In this document: positions 37,164-47,461 of the stretch, piece after piece | Layout of the letters: every line of letters begins with the position of its first letter | Position numbering within the stretch: position 1 is the first letter of the stretch | Virus record (IMG/VR): IMGVR_UViG_3300032323_001720 | Location: 5,902 to 69,901 of that record | Reading direction: 5' to 3' (one strand) | Length of the DNA stretch: 64,000 nt | Source: a virus | The notes under the pieces: generated by a model | What the model saw: only the letters and a program-made list of their open reading frames with translations | Told to the model about the DNA's origin: nothing | The model's database searches: none | Translations under genes and position numbers: made by a program

Positions 37164-40100
37164 ATGCCACTAACTAGAATACAACCGCAAGGATTAGATA
37201 GCACTGGAAATTATACATTCAATGGGATTGTAGCAAACACTGCTATTATTGCTGGCAATGATATCTCTTCTGGTGGCGGACCTAAAATAACCAATATACA
37301 AATAACCGATAGTTCATACAATGTATTGGACGATACAGCTGTAAGTACATCCGGCGGTTACATTAAAATTACGGGTACAGGTTTTGCAGCTGGTTGTCAA
37401 GTATTAATCAATAATATTCCAGTAACATCAGTAACCTTTGTAAGTGCAACAGAAGTTAGAGCACAAGTTCCTGCAACCACTGCTGGAACATATGTTGTAT
37501 ATTTGGTAAACAGTGATGGTGGCGTAGCAATACGAGTTAATGGCATTACATTTAGTGGTACACCAAATTGGGTAACATCAAGCTCGTTGCCCGACAGTGT
37601 AACAACAGTATCAATTCAATTGAGTGCAACAAGTGATAGTGCAATTGTATATTCCTTGGCTGCAGGCAGCACTTTACCTACTGGTTTAACACTTTCTAGC
37701 AGTGGTTTATTAAGTGGTACAGCAACATCAACATCTGGCGTTGTTACTTATAACTTTACTGTGAATGCCACAGACGTAGAGTTGCAGGATAGTCCAAGAA
37801 CATTTAGTATAACGATATCTTTTAATGATCCAAGTTTTCCTTATGTGTCAACTTTGTTAAGTGCAGATGTTGAAACTTTGCCATATGACAGCGATTCTAG
37901 CAACAACAGTTTTGTTTTAACACCAAATGGTGACGTTAAACCAAACAACTTTAATCCATACACACCAGGTTATTACAGTAACTATTTTGATGGTACCGGT
38001 GATAATTTGACATTTCCAAACTCAGCACAATTTGCTTTTGGTACGGATTCTTTTACGATTGAATTTTGGATCAATGCACCTTCAAACAACGATAAATTTA
38101 TTTTAGGTGGCCGAGGTGCAGTTGGTACTATGCACATCACAACTGGTGGATTTTCTTCTACTGTTGGTGTTTTGCGTTACGTTGGAAGTTCAACAATTGT
38201 TTCTAGTAGTGTCATTACTGATGATAGATGGCACCATTGTGCTATTGTTAGAAACGGGTCAACTAATATCACTTTATATGTGGATGGTGTAAGTGTAGGC
38301 ACCGGCACCGATTCTACTAATTACACAACTACCAGTGGAACATGGATTATTGGTAAGAATGATACCAGCGATGCTAATTATATTACTGGATATATTAGTA
38401 ATTTCAGAATTATAAAAGGCACGGCACTTTACACCTCAAACTTTACACCATCTACCTCACCATTAACTGCTGTTGCAAATACCAGTTTGTTAACATGCCA
38501 ATCAAATAGATTGATAGACACATCGAATAATAATTTAACAATAACTAGAACTGGTGATGTGAAAGTTTTAGGTTTTGATCCATTTGTTTTAGATAGTAAT
38601 TTCACTAGTCGTGGCAGCACACTCTTTGATGGTACGGGTGATTATTTGACCATGCCATACAATGTATCAACTGTACAATGGTGGGACACAGATTACACAA
38701 TTGAAATGTGGATGTATAATACTGTTAATGCACAAAGCACTTTAAATAGCCTACCATTACAAATAGGTTATGGTTATCCCACAAGTCAAGATACCTATTG
38801 GAGTTTTGGAACAAACTCATCCGGAAATTTATATTTCAATTATTTTAATGGTGCATCAATAACGAATGCAGTAAGCACATCAACTGTTCCATTAAATCAA
38901 TGGACACATGCTGCAATGGTTTACAACAACTCAAACAGCACCTTGACTGGTTATATTAATGGTGTGCAAGCGTTTTCTGTTTCAAAATCTGGAACACCAC
39001 AAGCTCCTTCAGGATTAACATTGAATGTGGGTACAGTGCAAAATATTGGTTACAACGGATACATATCAAATTTAAGAATTGTTAGGGGTACGACTGTATA
39101 TACTTCGGCATTCACACCACCGACAGCACCATTGACTGCGATTGCGAACACCCGTTTACTAACATGTCAAACAAATAGACCGGATAATAACAGTACCTTT
39201 TTAGACGAAAGTAGTTTTAATTCTTTTATCACAAGAAACGGGAATACTACACAAGGTTCTTTCAGTCCATATGGACCATTGTGGAGTAATTATTTTGATG
39301 GCACAGATGACTTTTTATCATATTCATCAAACACTACTTTAAATTTTGGCACATCGGATTTTACAGTAGAATCTTGGATAAATTTGGCCAATGTTACTCC
39401 ATCTGACGTAATCATAAGTGGCACTGCATCCAATTCTTTCGGTTTTAGATTTGGAACTGCTTTCAACGGATCATCTGGATTAAGCATTTACAGAGCAGGA
39501 CAAGCAGATTTAGAAAATTGTTCTTTTTCATTTGTTGTTAACACATGGTATCATGTTGCTGTCACACGACAATCTGGTGTAATTAGATTTTTTATTAATG
39601 GTCAACAACAAACTACATCAGGTTCTGGCGGCGCATCTTATTCCTTTCCAACAGAAACAAACGTTCGTATAGGCACAGGTGACGGAGGATTAGAAGATTT
39701 TGCAGGTTATATTTCCAATCTTAGAGTAGTGAAAGGTACAGCTCTTTATACAGCATCATTCACAACACCAACATCACCATTAACTGCTGTCGCAAATACA
39801 AGTTTGTTAACATGTAATGAAAATAGATTTGTTGATGATTCACCAAACAGATTTGCATTAACACGTAATGGTGATACGAGAATAGAAAGATTTAGTCCAT
39901 TCAATCCACAAACTTTACCAACTTTTTACAGTGGTTATTTTGATGGCACTGGAGATTATTTAACTGCAGCAAACAACACAATTTCAAATTTTGGCACCAG
40001 TGATTTTACTATCGAATGTTGGTTTTATCGAACAACCACAAATACAACACTTTTAAGTAACTCGGGCCCAGGAACAGATGTTAATTATTTTGTTCTTAAT

Positions 40101-41756
40101 TCTAGCACTACCGAGTCAGTTTTTCAAATTAGAGATAGTGGCAGTCAGGCATATGCATATGGTCCCGCAACCACAAGTAATACTTGGAATCATATAGCAG
40201 TTACCAGAAGTTCTGGAAGTGTAAGAGTGTTTGTCAATGGTGTTTCGGGAACGCCAGTGACCATTACAAAAACAATTACATCTCGTTCTACTTTTGTTAG
40301 TGGATTTTTATACTCAACATTTGAAGGTTATTTTGGAGGGTATATCTCCAATCTACGCATAGTAAAAAATCAAGCATTGTATACTTCTAATTTTACACCG
40401 AGCACAAGTCCATTAACAACAATAAGCCAGGGAGCAACGGCAGCTAACGTTAGTTTACTAACTTGTCAAAGTGAAACTTTTATTGATAATTCAACCAACA
40501 ACTTTGCTATCACGATTAATGGAGATGCAAGACCAACTACAGTCACACCATTTACACCAACAGCCACAACCGGTGTTTCTTATACACCAAGCATATATGG
40601 TGGCAGTATGTACTTCGATGGCACAGGTGATTATCTGAATACACAATCCAGTGCTGCATTTACTCTTGGTACTGGTGATTTAACTTTGGAATGTTGGATT
40701 TATCAGACTGCTACCTCCGCTTCTACTTATCGGGTTATTTTTGGAGACAATGTGTATGGTAACTCTGGCGGTTATACACTTTACAGTTATAACAATGCAC
40801 TAAATTTATGGAAAGGTGGTTCTGGCGGAGTAGAATTAATTGCTCCAGCAGGTACAATTCCTCTAAATTCTTGGACTCATGTTGCTTGGACAAGATCAGG
40901 ATCATCAAACAGGTTGTTTATCAATGGAACTCAAGTTGGTGCCACAACGTCAGATAGCACCAACTATACTGCAACTGTATCGTATATTGGAGCTAGCCAA
41001 GTAGGTACTTTACCTTTTATAGGTTACATCTCAAATTTACGTATAGTAAAAGGCACATCAGTCTACACATCAAACTTTGTACCTCCTGTTACACCATTAA
41101 GAGCAATTCAAAATACAGTATTATTGCTAAATGGCACCTCAGCAGCTATCTATGATAGTGCCATGTTGTTTAATTATGAGAGTGTTGGCAATGCATCTCT
41201 AGCCTCAAACATCAAAAAATACGGCAACAGTAGTTTATTTTTTGATGGATCAGGAGATTATTTGGTGTCACCAAGTAATTTAAATTTATTATTTGGTACG
41301 GGAGATTTCACAATTGAATTATGGGCATATCCTATTACTGGTTCAAATAATGGACTGTTTCAAATATCCGGAACAGCTGGAGGATTTGTAACCACCGGTT
41401 TGAATATTGCAATTGTTTTGGCTTCGAATAATAATGTTCAAGTTAATATAAACAATTCAAACTATATTACATCGACTAACAATGTTTTCCCACACAATTC
41501 TTGGACACATTTGGCATTGGTTCGTTCCAGTGGAGTATGTAGATTGTACATTAATGGAGTCTTGAATACAACCATTGGTAGTTCTGGAGCTATATCAGAT
41601 ACCAGTAATTATACGGGAACAAATATGGTAATTGGTGGTTATCATTCATCTCCATATGTTTGGAATGGTTATATTGATGATTTACGCATCACTAGAGGAG
41701 TTGCACGTTATACCGCAAACTTCACTCCAACCACCACGCCGTTCCTAACCAAATAA
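37164..41756 (+). CDS. Multi-domain LamG/concanavalin A-like adhesin with N-terminal IPT/Ig-like domains
   Basis: Six FDG.(G/D)D...(F/Y/L)T.E.W...W.H.A...GYI..(L/F)R units; AATAAATA box at 37132. Confidence 0.8.
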   Translation: MPLTRIQPQGLDSTGNYTFNGIVANTAIIAGNDISSGGGPKITNIQITDSSYNVLDDTAVSTSGGYIKITGTGFAAGCQVLINNIPVTSVTFVSATEVRAQVPATTAGTYVVYLVNSDGGVAIRVNGITFSGTPNWVTSSSLPDSVTTVSIQLSATSDSAIVYSLAAGSTLPTGLTLSSSGLLSGTATSTSGVVTYNFTVNATDVELQDSPRTFSITISFNDPSFPYVSTLLSADVETLPYDSDSSNNSFVLTPNGDVKPNNFNPYTPGYYSNYFDGTGDNLTFPNSAQFAFGTDSFTIEFWINAPSNNDKFILGGRGAVGTMHITTGGFSSTVGVLRYVGSSTIVSSSVITDDRWHHCAIVRNGSTNITLYVDGVSVGTGTDSTNYTTTSGTWIIGKNDTSDANYITGYISNFRIIKGTALYTSNFTPSTSPLTAVANTSLLTCQSNRLIDTSNNNLTITRTGDVKVLGFDPFVLDSNFTSRGSTLFDGTGDYLTMPYNVSTVQWWDTDYTIEMWMYNTVNAQSTLNSLPLQIGYGYPTSQDTYWSFGTNSSGNLYFNYFNGASITNAVSTSTVPLNQWTHAAMVYNNSNSTLTGYINGVQAFSVSKSGTPQAPSGLTLNVGTVQNIGYNGYISNLRIVRGTTVYTSAFTPPTAPLTAIANTRLLTCQTNRPDNNSTFLDESSFNSFITRNGNTTQGSFSPYGPLWSNYFDGTDDFLSYSSNTTLNFGTSDFTVESWINLANVTPSDVIISGTASNSFGFRFGTAFNGSSGLSIYRAGQADLENCSFSFVVNTWYHVAVTRQSGVIRFFINGQQQTTSGSGGASYSFPTETNVRIGTGDGGLEDFAGYISNLRVVKGTALYTASFTTPTSPLTAVANTSLLTCNENRFVDDSPNRFALTRNGDTRIERFSPFNPQTLPTFYSGYFDGTGDYLTAANNTISNFGTSDFTIECWFYRTTTNTTLLSNSGPGTDVNYFVLNSSTTESVFQIRDSGSQAYAYGPATTSNTWNHIAVTRSSGSVRVFVNGVSGTPVTITKTITSRSTFVSGFLYSTFEGYFGGYISNLRIVKNQALYTSNFTPSTSPLTTISQGATAANVSLLTCQSETFIDNSTNNFAITINGDARPTTVTPFTPTATTGVSYTPSIYGGSMYFDGTGDYLNTQSSAAFTLGTGDLTLECWIYQTATSASTYRVIFGDNVYGNSGGYTLYSYNNALNLWKGGSGGVELIAPAGTIPLNSWTHVAWTRSGSSNRLFINGTQVGATTSDSTNYTATVSYIGASQVGTLPFIGYISNLRIVKGTSVYTSNFVPPVTPLRAIQNTVLLLNGTSAAIYDSAMLFNYESVGNASLASNIKKYGNSSLFFDGSGDYLVSPSNLNLLFGTGDFTIELWAYPITGSNNGLFQISGTAGGFVTTGLNIAIVLASNNNVQVNINNSNYITSTNNVFPHNSWTHLALVRSSGVCRLYINGVLNTTIGSSGAISDTSNYTGTNMVIGGYHSSPYVWNGYIDDLRITRGVARYTANFTPTTTPFLTK

Positions 41757-41778
41757 ATAGTCCATAAAGGACAAAAAA

Positions 41779-42552
41779 ATGGCCACAATAACAACAAGAG
41801 CAGATTTCAAAGATTATTGTCTAAGACGTTTGGGTTTTCCTGTCATCGAAATCAATATTGATGATGATCAGGTAGAAGATCGTATAGATGACGCATTGCA
41901 GTATTGGCAAGACTATCATTTCGATGGTCTGCAAAAGTTATATTTCATCAAACGAATTGATCAAACCGATATTGATAATCATTATTTGGATCTTAGCCAA
42001 GCCAGAGACACCGCAAACAACGTTTCGGAAATTACTGGTGTAACCAGAATATTTCCAATGTATGATTCTCAAGCATCGATTAACATGTTCGACTTGAGAT
42101 ATCAGTTACGACTAAACGAATTGTATGATTTCACTTCTGCATCATACATCAATTACACAATGACGATGCAACATCTACGTATGTTGGAACAGTTGTTCGT
42201 TGGTGAAGTTCCTATCCGTTACCAAAGACATATGCAGAAACTGTTTATTGATTGGGCTTGGGGATCCTCGCAAGCACCGGTTGGTACAGTAGTTGTTGTC
42301 GAATGTTATGGTTTAATTGATCCTGGTGCATATGGTAGAGTCTGGAATGATCGTTGGTTGAAAGAATATGCAACTGCACTCATCAAGAGAAGCTGGGGTA
42401 ATAACCTGAAGAAGTTTGCCGGTGTTCAATTACCAGGTGGTGTAACTCTAAACGGAGATAAAATATACACCGAAGCTGTCGATGAAATAAAGATGTTAGA
42501 AGCCGACATGGAAAAGAACTACGGTGGCATTTTGGAATTCTACTTGAACTAA
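41779..42552 (+). CDS. gp13: Neck protein gp13
   Basis: YCLRRLG.PVIEIN..DDQ..DRIDDAL and W..NL.KF.GVQLPGGVTLNG; synteny. Confidence 0.92.
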   Translation: MATITTRADFKDYCLRRLGFPVIEINIDDDQVEDRIDDALQYWQDYHFDGLQKLYFIKRIDQTDIDNHYLDLSQARDTANNVSEITGVTRIFPMYDSQASINMFDLRYQLRLNELYDFTSASYINYTMTMQHLRMLEQLFVGEVPIRYQRHMQKLFIDWAWGSSQAPVGTVVVVECYGLIDPGAYGRVWNDRWLKEYATALIKRSWGNNLKKFAGVQLPGGVTLNGDKIYTEAVDEIKMLEADMEKNYGGILEFYLN

Positions 42553-42553
42553 T

Positions 42554-43438
42554 ATGGCAACCTCAGTATATTTCAATAATTACAACTCGATTGCGGAACA
42601 GAGGGTTGTTGAGGACTTAATAGTCGAATCCATTAAAATTATGGGTTTCGATGCATATTACTGCCCAATCTTCAATGAAGAAGATAGAGATATACTGTAC
42701 GGTGAAGATCCAATCAAAAAATTCAAGTCTGCTTTCCCTGTTGAATTCTATCTTTCGAATGCTTTGGAATACATGGGCGACAAAGAATTCTTTACCAAGT
42801 TTGGTTTAGAAATTCGAAACAACGCAAACGTTGTTATTTCAAAGCGTTCTTTCTCTCAACGTGTTCCACAGAATATATTTACAAGACCACGTGAGGGCGA
42901 TTTGATTTATGTGCCGTTCTTAAATGGTACTGGTGAATTGTTTGAGATTAAATTTGTGAATCAAACAAAAGATTTCTTCACATTGGGTCGCAAGATTCCA
43001 TTCTTCTATGAATTGGAACTTGAGAAGTTCAAGTATTCACAAGAAGTTATCGATACAGGTATTGCTGATATCGATGATGTTGTCACACAATCTAGTTACA
43101 CAATCGATCTTACAGTTCGTAACGGAAATGCAAGAAACTATACACTAAAAGAAATTGTGTATCAATCTAGTGACCAAACACTGGCAAATGCATCGTCTAG
43201 TGCAACTGTACAAAATTGGGATGCATCATCAAATACCATAAGTGTCACAAACATTTATGGTGAGTTTACAGACAACGTTACAATTATCGGCGAAACAAGC
43301 AATGCTCGATATATGTTAACGACTTACAATCCTTTGAAAGATAGTACGCCAAACGAAAACTATGACAATATGTACATAGAAAATCAGGCAAATAACATTA
43401 TTAATACTGCGGAAATTAATCCGTTTGGAAGTATTTAA
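42554..43438 (+). CDS. gp14: Neck protein gp14
   Basis: EQ..VEDL..ESIK..G, FTKFGLE and RPREGDLIY.P motifs; synteny. Confidence 0.92.
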   Translation: MATSVYFNNYNSIAEQRVVEDLIVESIKIMGFDAYYCPIFNEEDRDILYGEDPIKKFKSAFPVEFYLSNALEYMGDKEFFTKFGLEIRNNANVVISKRSFSQRVPQNIFTRPREGDLIYVPFLNGTGELFEIKFVNQTKDFFTLGRKIPFFYELELEKFKYSQEVIDTGIADIDDVVTQSSYTIDLTVRNGNARNYTLKEIVYQSSDQTLANASSSATVQNWDASSNTISVTNIYGEFTDNVTIIGETSNARYMLTTYNPLKDSTPNENYDNMYIENQANNIINTAEINPFGSI

Positions 43439-44463
43439 TGGCAGCAATTCAATACAATCGAATCATAAGAAAAATTGTTGTTGGGTTTGGTGACCTATTC
43501 AACAATATTACGTTGGTACGTTACGATTCGAATCAAGTTGAAAAAGAAAGATTCTTGATACCTATTGCATACGCTTCCAAGGAACGTTATGTAATGCGTT
43601 TAGAGGATGATCCAAATCTGGACAAAAAGGTACAGATCGCTTTACCTCGCCTATCGTTTGAAATGACTGGTCTTTCCTACGATAGTTCCAGAAAGCAAAA
43701 CACAAACGTCAAGAATTTCTTTTCTGGTGCATCTGGTGTATTATCACAATACAATCCTGTACCATACAATTTCGATTTCAATCTATATTTGTATGTTCGT
43801 AATATTGAAGATGCAACACAAGTTATTGAACACATTGTACCATATTTTACACCAGATTATACGGTAAAAATAAACATGATACCTGAAATGGGAATCGTGA
43901 AGGAAGTACCTATAATTTTAAATTCGACGGATCACGAAATAGTTTATGAAGGTGATAGAGATCAATCGACCAGAATGATCATTTGGACTTTAAGATTTAC
44001 TGTCAAAGGGTTTATATTTGGTAAACAAACAGCGACAAATCTCATTAGACATTCTATTACTTCTGTATACAATTTAAATTCTGAAAATGATGTTGTATCA
44101 TTCACAATGAATCCAAGTACAGGAAGAGGATCTTATGGAGTAGGAGATACTGTTTATCAAGGTTATTCTTTGAGTACAGCCACAGCAACGGCAAAAGTTG
44201 TGCAGTGGGTGCCTTCTCTAAATATCTTAAGACTGACAGATATAAATGGAGATTTTAATTCAACATCACCAATTGTTTCTGCACAAACGAACGCAAGTTA
44301 TACGTATACATCGTATTCACCAATCGAAGGCAAGTATGCACAAATTAATACTGCTGCTGCAACATTCGATTTGAATACATATACCATGGACAGCACTGCT
44401 GGTGACATTACGATGGACCTGGATTCAGGCAATTATCCATCATCAATAAGGGAATACAACTAA
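43438..44463 (+). CDS. gp15: Tail sheath stabiliser / terminator gp15
   Basis: IRK.VV.FG.LFN, LPRLSFEM, PVPYN and EHIVPYF.P motifs. Confidence 0.9.
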   Translation: MAAIQYNRIIRKIVVGFGDLFNNITLVRYDSNQVEKERFLIPIAYASKERYVMRLEDDPNLDKKVQIALPRLSFEMTGLSYDSSRKQNTNVKNFFSGASGVLSQYNPVPYNFDFNLYLYVRNIEDATQVIEHIVPYFTPDYTVKINMIPEMGIVKEVPIILNSTDHEIVYEGDRDQSTRMIIWTLRFTVKGFIFGKQTATNLIRHSITSVYNLNSENDVVSFTMNPSTGRGSYGVGDTVYQGYSLSTATATAKVVQWVPSLNILRLTDINGDFNSTSPIVSAQTNASYTYTSYSPIEGKYAQINTAAATFDLNTYTMDSTAGDITMDLDSGNYPSSIREYN

Positions 44464-44464
44464 A

Positions 44465-45301
44465 ATGGCTCAAGAAGTAATAGGCACAGGAACATTACCA
44501 AATGATGGTAAGGGCGACACTTTAAGGGTAGCTGCACAAAAAATAAACAATAACTTTTTTGAATTGTTTAATGTCGGTGCCGTAACAGACAATACAGCCA
44601 GACAAAGAGCTAACGCAGCTTTCGATACAGCAAACACAAAAATTACAAAAACGGGTGATGTTGTTACTGGTTCATTGATCTTTAGAACGGATGCAAATAA
44701 CGCATATCCAAATACAAGAATAGGTAACATTCAAGAAGCAAACAGTATTGATGTTTTTGCAGGAAATGTAAATGACTTTGCTCAATTAAACTGGTCAAAC
44801 ACAAATTTTGCAATCGTTGATAGTACTGGTGTTGTCTGTCAAACAGCAAACACAGCAGTACAATTAAAAGATGAATTGCAAGAGGTTATTATTGTTGTAG
44901 ACACAAATAGTTGGGCATTTGGTAGTAACGGAAGAGTAATTCTTTTTGATAGTTCAATAGGATCACGATCAACTTTGGCTCCAGGTTTCAGAAATGTAGT
45001 AAAAGTATCTTCGAATACTTTCAACGCATCAAACACAAGTGATGTTATCTTCTGTGATCCAAACGCAGCCGGAGGAGTTGTAACAGTTAACTTATCTGCC
45101 AACACAGATCCAGGTAAAAGCATAACGATTAAAAACATTAACACCGGATCATATAATGTTAAAGTTTCTGGTACAGAAAGAGCTTATCCTTACATAGAAC
45201 ATCCCACAGATCATAATTTTGTAACAACGTTCACAATACCTTTTACGGGTGAAGTTTATACTTGGGTTTTTGAAAGCGGAGTATACCGATACATTGGTTG
45301 A
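44465..45301 (+). CDS. Virion protein with T4 gp9/gp10-like N-terminal motif
   Basis: GT.PNDGKGDTLR.A..KIN.NF.EL at the N-terminus; C-terminal DP....VTVNL....G..ITIK fibre-like module. Confidence 0.6.
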   Translation: MAQEVIGTGTLPNDGKGDTLRVAAQKINNNFFELFNVGAVTDNTARQRANAAFDTANTKITKTGDVVTGSLIFRTDANNAYPNTRIGNIQEANSIDVFAGNVNDFAQLNWSNTNFAIVDSTGVVCQTANTAVQLKDELQEVIIVVDTNSWAFGSNGRVILFDSSIGSRSTLAPGFRNVVKVSSNTFNASNTSDVIFCDPNAAGGVVTVNLSANTDPGKSITIKNINTGSYNVKVSGTERAYPYIEHPTDHNFVTTFTIPFTGEVYTWVFESGVYRYIG

Positions 45302-45302
45302 A

Positions 45303-45722
45303 ATGAACACATTTGATAAAAATATGGAAAAAATATTTGATGTTACTCCCGTTGAAGTGACAGAAGATAAACCGTTGGTGCCAATGAAAAGTAAGTCTGA
45401 TGAATTGGACTTGAAACAAGACCTTACGGATGCCTACGAACAATCCAAAAGTAATCTTCAAGATATCATCGAACAAGGCAAAGATGCCATGGATGAAATT
45501 CTTCAGATTGCAAAAGCGGGTCAACATCCAAGAGCATTTGAAGTTTATGGCACTCTACTAAAGAATATGGTAGAAGCCAATGACCGTCTTCTAAAGATGC
45601 AAAAAGAAATGCGTGAGATGGACGGCAAGAAAAAAGATAATGGTGATACAAAAATTGACAAGGCTATTTTTGTTGGTTCGACTGCGGAACTATCAAAAAT
45701 TTTAAAGAATAATGGACAATAA
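45303..45722 (+). CDS. gp16: Terminase small subunit gp16
   Basis: HPRAFEV and AIFVGSTAEL motifs, directly upstream of gp17; the ATG at 45303 is preferred. Confidence 0.9.
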   Translation: MNTFDKNMEKIFDVTPVEVTEDKPLVPMKSKSDELDLKQDLTDAYEQSKSNLQDIIEQGKDAMDEILQIAKAGQHPRAFEVYGTLLKNMVEANDRLLKMQKEMREMDGKKKDNGDTKIDKAIFVGSTAELSKILKNNGQ

Positions 45723-47388
45723 AGATTCTTACCGCGACAATCCGTTATTAAAGAGAGCTGGTGTACAACTTGAATATACTCAGGAACAAGTCGATGAGTA
45801 TATAAAATGTGCAAAAGATCCAATTTATTTCGCAAAAAATTATGTAAAAATTGTTAACGTTGATGAGGGCATCATCAACTTCAGAATGTGGCCTTTCCAA
45901 GAAGAGATGTTGAATCTGTTTAAGGACAATCGTTTCGTAATCACAAAATGTCCTCGCCAGGTTGGTAAAACCACAACAACAGTTGCATATCTACTACATG
46001 CAACACTGTTTCAAGATTCACAAAACGTTGCCGTTCTGGCCAACAAAGGTTCTTTGGCTAGAGATATTCTTGCAAAGTATCAACTTGCATATGAAAACTT
46101 ACCAATGTGGTTACAACAAGGTGTGATCACATGGAACAAAGGTAACGTAGAACTGGAAAACGGTTCAAAGATTATCGCTGCGTCTACATCATCCAGTGCT
46201 ATCCGAGGTGGTGCATTCAACATCGTATTCTTGGACGAATTTGCGTTCGTTCCACAAAACATTGCGACAGAATTCTTCAACTCTGTTTATCCCGTTATCT
46301 CATCTGGTAAAAAGACAAAGATCATTATTGTTTCCACACCAAATGGTATGAATCTATTCTACAAACTATGGATGGATTCGATCAACAAGAAGAATGATTA
46401 TGTTCCGTTTGAGATTCACTGGTCGAACGTACCGGGAAGAGATGAGAAATGGAAAGAAGAAACAATTCGTAATACTTCATTACGTCAGTTCCAACAGGAG
46501 TTTGAAACTGAATTCTTGGGTTCTTCAAATACACTGATCTCCGGTTACAAACTACAACAATTGGTTTACATAGATCCAATTGCTGACCATGACATGTTGA
46601 AAATCTATGAACATCCGATCAAAGAAATCAACGGGCATCCAAAAGACAATCTTTATGCAATCGTTGTCGATGTGTCAGAAGGTAAAAACTTGGACAGTTC
46701 TGCGTTCTCTGTGATTGATATATCTCAGACACCTTACAAACAGGTTGCAACGTACAAGAGTTCATCGATTTCGCCGATATTGTTCCCGACAGTCATCTAT
46801 AACGCAGCAAAATACTATAACGATGCATACGTTTTGGTGGAAATCAATAACAACCCACAGGTTGCAGACTCACTACATGCAGATTTTGAGTATGAAAACC
46901 TATGGAAAGTATTCACAGGTAATAAGAAACCACAACAACTATCTGCCGGTTTTGCAAGAGGTGTGCAGATGGGCATTAAAATGTCACCTCAGGTCAAAGC
47001 AATTGGTTGTTCCAACCTAAAAACTTTGATCGAAGGCGACAAACTATTAATTAATGACTTTGATACCTATTCCGAACTAACAACTTTTGTTCAACAGAAC
47101 AATTCATTTAAAGCGGAAGAAGGTGCAAACGATGACTTGGTTATGGGTTTAGTTATTTTTGGATGGTTAACAACACAAAAATACTTTAAAGAAATCGTCA
47201 ACCACGATGTAAGAAAACAAATTCAGTTGGAAAGCATGAACCAGGTAGATGAAGAAACTTTACCTGCACCAATTATCGAAAATGGTTTAGATAACGAATT
47301 TGAAATAATGGGTGGTGATATATGGGAAGTTGCAAATGGAGGAGAAACTTATGCAAACTTCATAAGAAAGACACTGAACGGTTTATAA
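45712..47388 (+). CDS. gp17: Terminase large subunit gp17
   Basis: PRQVGKTT Walker A, FLDEFAF Walker B, STPNG and DDLVM nuclease motif. Confidence 0.97.
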   Translation: MDNKDSYRDNPLLKRAGVQLEYTQEQVDEYIKCAKDPIYFAKNYVKIVNVDEGIINFRMWPFQEEMLNLFKDNRFVITKCPRQVGKTTTTVAYLLHATLFQDSQNVAVLANKGSLARDILAKYQLAYENLPMWLQQGVITWNKGNVELENGSKIIAASTSSSAIRGGAFNIVFLDEFAFVPQNIATEFFNSVYPVISSGKKTKIIIVSTPNGMNLFYKLWMDSINKKNDYVPFEIHWSNVPGRDEKWKEETIRNTSLRQFQQEFETEFLGSSNTLISGYKLQQLVYIDPIADHDMLKIYEHPIKEINGHPKDNLYAIVVDVSEGKNLDSSAFSVIDISQTPYKQVATYKSSSISPILFPTVIYNAAKYYNDAYVLVEINNNPQVADSLHADFEYENLWKVFTGNKKPQQLSAGFARGVQMGIKMSPQVKAIGCSNLKTLIEGDKLLINDFDTYSELTTFVQQNNSFKAEEGANDDLVMGLVIFGWLTTQKYFKEIVNHDVRKQIQLESMNQVDEETLPAPIIENGLDNEFEIMGGDIWEVANGGETYANFIRKTLNGL

Positions 47389-47461
47389 AAACAGTGTTTC
47401 ATAAATAACCATTATGGTATTCAACTGCCAAAAGAACAAATATTAATTCAAGGAGAATAAA

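Noticed and set aside
45249-45302. Upstream GTG start for gp16 given by the ORF track
   Set aside because: It overlaps the preceding gene by more than 50 nt; the ATG at 45303 directly after that gene's stop is more plausible.
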